Source: Bugula neritina (Eukaryota > Animalia > Bryozoa). Taken from it: 64,000 bases of DNA. Below, in pieces: positions 60,256 through 64,000 of the stretch. Where the stretch lies: the NCBI GenBank assembly GCA_964035545.1, contig CAXIUT010000183.1, positions 1,054,001 through 1,118,000 of the forward strand. The letters are read 5' to 3'. A model generated the notes under the pieces. The model was not told the DNA's origin. It searched no databases and saw only the letters and a program-made list of their open reading frames with translations. Each line of letters opens with the position of its first letter. Within the stretch, counting starts at the first letter, position 1. The translations under genes and the position numbers were made by a program.

Positions 60256-63200
60256 ACATACAGAAATATACTGTAACACACTGAAATATACTGCAACATA
60301 CTGAAATACACTGTAACATTCTGAAATATACTGCAACATACTGAAATACACTGCTACATACTGAAATATACTGCAACATACTGCAAAATACTGCAACATA
60401 CTGAAATACACTGTAACATATTGAAGTACACTGCAACACATTGAAATATACTGCAACATGCCAAAATATATGGTAAACAACTGAAATATACTTTAACACA
60501 TTGAAAAATACTGCAACATACTGAAATATACTGCGACACTTTGCAATATACTGTAACATACCGAAATATGCTCTAGCACACTGAAATACACTGCAACTCA
60601 CTGAAATATACTGCAACCTACTGAAATACACTGTGACATCCTGAAATATACTGCAACATTCTGAAATACACTGCTACATACTGAAATATACTGCAACATA
60701 CTGCAACATACTGAAATACACTGCAACATACTACAACATACTGAAATACGCTGCAACACATTGAAATATACTGCAACATACCTAAATATACGGTAACATA
60801 CCGGAATATACTGTAACGCATTGCAAAATACTGCAACATACTGAAATACACTGCGACACACTGAAATACGCTGCAAAATACTACAACATACTGAAATAAA
60901 CTGTAACACATTGAAATACACTGCAATACATTGAAAAATAATGCAATATACTGATATATACTGTAACACACTGAAATATACTGCAACATACTGAAATACA
61001 CTGTAACATACTGAAATATACTGTAACATACTGCAACATACTGAAATACACTGTAACATACTGAGATACACTGCCGCATACTGCAACATATTGAACTACA
61101 CTGCAACACATTGAAATATAATGCAACTTATCGAATATATGGAAAACTACTGAAATATACTGTAACGCATTGAAAAAGACTGCAACATACTGAAATATAT
61201 TGCGACACATTGCAATATACTGTAATATACTGAAAAATGCTGTATCACACTGAAATATACTGCAATTCGCTGAAATATACTGCAACATACTGAAATACAC
61301 CGCAACATCCTACAACATACTAAAATACACTGTAACATTTCGAAATACACTGCAACACATTGAATTATACTGCAACATAACGAAATATATGGTAAACTAC
61401 TGAAATATATTTTAACAAATTGAAAAATACTGCAACATACTGAAATATACTGTAACACACTGAAGTATACTGCAACATACTGAAATACACTGTAACATAC
61501 TGAAATATACTGCAACATACTGAAATACACTGGTACATACTGAAATATACTGCAACGTACTGCAACATACTGCAGCATACTGAAATACACTGTAACATAC
61601 TGAAATACACTGCAACATACTACCACATATTGAAATACACTGCAACACATTGAAATGTACTGCAACATACCGAAATATATGGTAAACTACTAAAATATAC
61701 TGTAACACATTGAAAAATACTGCAACATACTGAAATATACTGCGACACCTAGCAATATACTGTAACATACTGAAATATGCCCTAGCACACTGAAATACAA
61801 TGCAACTTACTGAAATATACTGCAACATACTGAAATACACTGCAACATCCTACAATATGCTGAAATACACAGTAACATATTGAAATACACTGCAACACTT
61901 TGAAATATACTGCAACATACCGAAATATATGGTAAACTACTGCAACATACTACAACATACTGAAATACACTGCAACACATTGAAATATACTGCGACATAC
62001 CTAAATATACGGTAATATACTGAAATATACTGTAACACATTGAAAAATACTGCAACATACTGAAATATACTGTAACACACCGAAATATACTGCAACATAC
62101 TGAAATACACTGTAACATACTGAAATACACTGCTACATACTGAAATATACTGCAACATACTGCAACATACTGAAATACACAGTAACATACTGAAATAAAC
62201 TGCAACATACTACAACATATTGAAATACACTGCAACACATTGAAATATACTGCAACATACCTAAATATACGGTAATATACTGAAATTCACTGTAACGCAT
62301 TGCAAAATACTGCAACATACTGAAATTCACTGCGACACACTGAAATACGCTGCAAAATACTACAACATACTGAAATAAACTGTAACATGTTGAAATACAC
62401 TGCAACACATTGAAAAATACTGCAACATACTGAAATATACTGTAACACACTGAAATATACTGCAACATACTGAAATACACTGTAACATACTGAAATATAC
62501 TGCAACATACTGAAATACACTGCTTCATACTGAAATATACTGCAACATACTGCAACATACTGCAATACACTGTAAAATACTGAAATACACTGCAACATAC
62601 TACAACATATTGAAATACACTGCAACACATTGAAATACACTGCAACTTATCGAATATATGGAAAACTACTGAAATATACTGTAACGCATTGAAAAAGACT
62701 GCAACATACTGAAATATATTGCGACACATTGCAATATACTGTAATATACTGAAAAATGCTGTATCACACTGAAATATACTGCAATTCGCTGAAATATACT
62801 GCAACATACTGAAATACACCGCAACATCCTACAACATACTAAAATACACTGTAACATTTCGAAATACACTGCAACACATTGAATTATACTGCAACATAAC
62901 GAAATATATGGTAAACTACTGAAATATATTTTAACAAATTGAAAAATACTGCAACATACTGAAATATACTGTAACACACTGAAGTATACTGCAACATACT
63001 GAAATACACTGTAACATACTGAAATATACTGCAACATACTGAAATACACTGCTACATACTGAAATATACTGCAACGTACTGCAACATACTGCAGCATACT
63101 GAAATACACTGTAACATACTGAAATACACTGCAACATACTACCACATATTGAAATACACTGCAACACATTGAAATGTACTGCAACATACCGAAATATATG

Positions 63201-64000
63201 GTAAACTACTAAAATATACTGTAACACATTGAAAAATACTGCAACATACTGAAATATACTGCGACACCTAGCAATATACTGTAACATACTGAAATATGCT
63301 CTAGCACACTGAAATACAATGCAACTTACTGAAATATACTGCAACATACTGAAATACACTGCAACATCCTACAATACGCTGAAATACACAGTAACATATT
63401 GAAATACACTGCAACACTTTGAAATATACTGCAACATACCGAAGTATATGGTAAACTACTGCAACATACTACAACATACTGAAATACACTGCAACACATT
63501 GAAATATACTGCGACATACCTAAATATACGGTAATATACTGAAATATACTGTAACACATTGAAAAATACTGCAACATACTGAAATATACTGTAACACACC
63601 GAAATATACTGCAACATACTGAAATACACTGTAACATACTGAAATACACTGCTACATACTGAAATATACTGCAACATACTGCAACATACTGAAATACACA
63701 GTAACATACTGAAATAAACTGCAACATACTACAACATATTGAAATACACTGCAACACATTGAAATATACTGCAACATACTTAAATATACGGTAATATACT
63801 GAAATTCACTGTAACGCATTGCAAAATACTGCAACATACTGAAATTCACTGCGACACACTGAAATACGCTGCAAAATACTACAACATACTGAAATAAACT
63901 GTAACATGTTGAAATACACTGCAACACATTGAAAAATACTGCAACATACTGAAATATACTGTAACACACTGAAATATACTGCAACATACTGAAATACACT
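60251..64000 (+). repeat. Satellite DNA array (right arm), same family, continuing beyond the window
   Basis: Same 10/20-bp unit resumes immediately after the 3' LTR. Joining the two flanks regenerates normal satellite (GAAAAATA-CTGCA-ACATACAGAAAT). Confidence 0.98.

Noticed and set aside
1-64000. Telomeric repeat or host species assignment
   Set aside because: The unit lacks G-runs typical of telomerase repeats and has complex higher-order structure. I cannot identify the species from the sequence.

Overview
Eukaryotic (probably animal) satellite DNA with one young, intact retrotransposon. About 55 kb (1-51633 and 60251-64000) is a single-orientation satellite. It is built from a 10-bp unit in alternating dimers (ACTGCAACAT/ACTGAAATAY), organised into ~250-bp modules and then into kb-scale tandem duplications whose period changes along the array (7045, 4447, 2558, 2180, 2715, 5722, 4639, 5956, 1519 bp). 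The many minus-strand 'MLQYISVCCSIFQ' ORFs are translation artefacts of this repeat. A complete 8617-bp BEL/Pao LTR retrotransposon (51634-60250) interrupts the array. It has 744-bp LTRs differing at one base by eye, a 5-bp CTGCA target-site duplication, a polypurine tract and one uninterrupted 2122-aa gag-PR-RT-RNaseH-IN ORF. The most interesting signal is that the element has no tRNA-type (TGG) primer-binding site. Instead, the 12 nt right after the 5' LTR (GTGAAAACTTGT) are the exact reverse complement of the junction made by splicing a GT-AG intron predicted inside the LTR (ACAAG|TTTTCAC). This suggests splicing-dependent self-priming of reverse transcription, which is an inference and untested.
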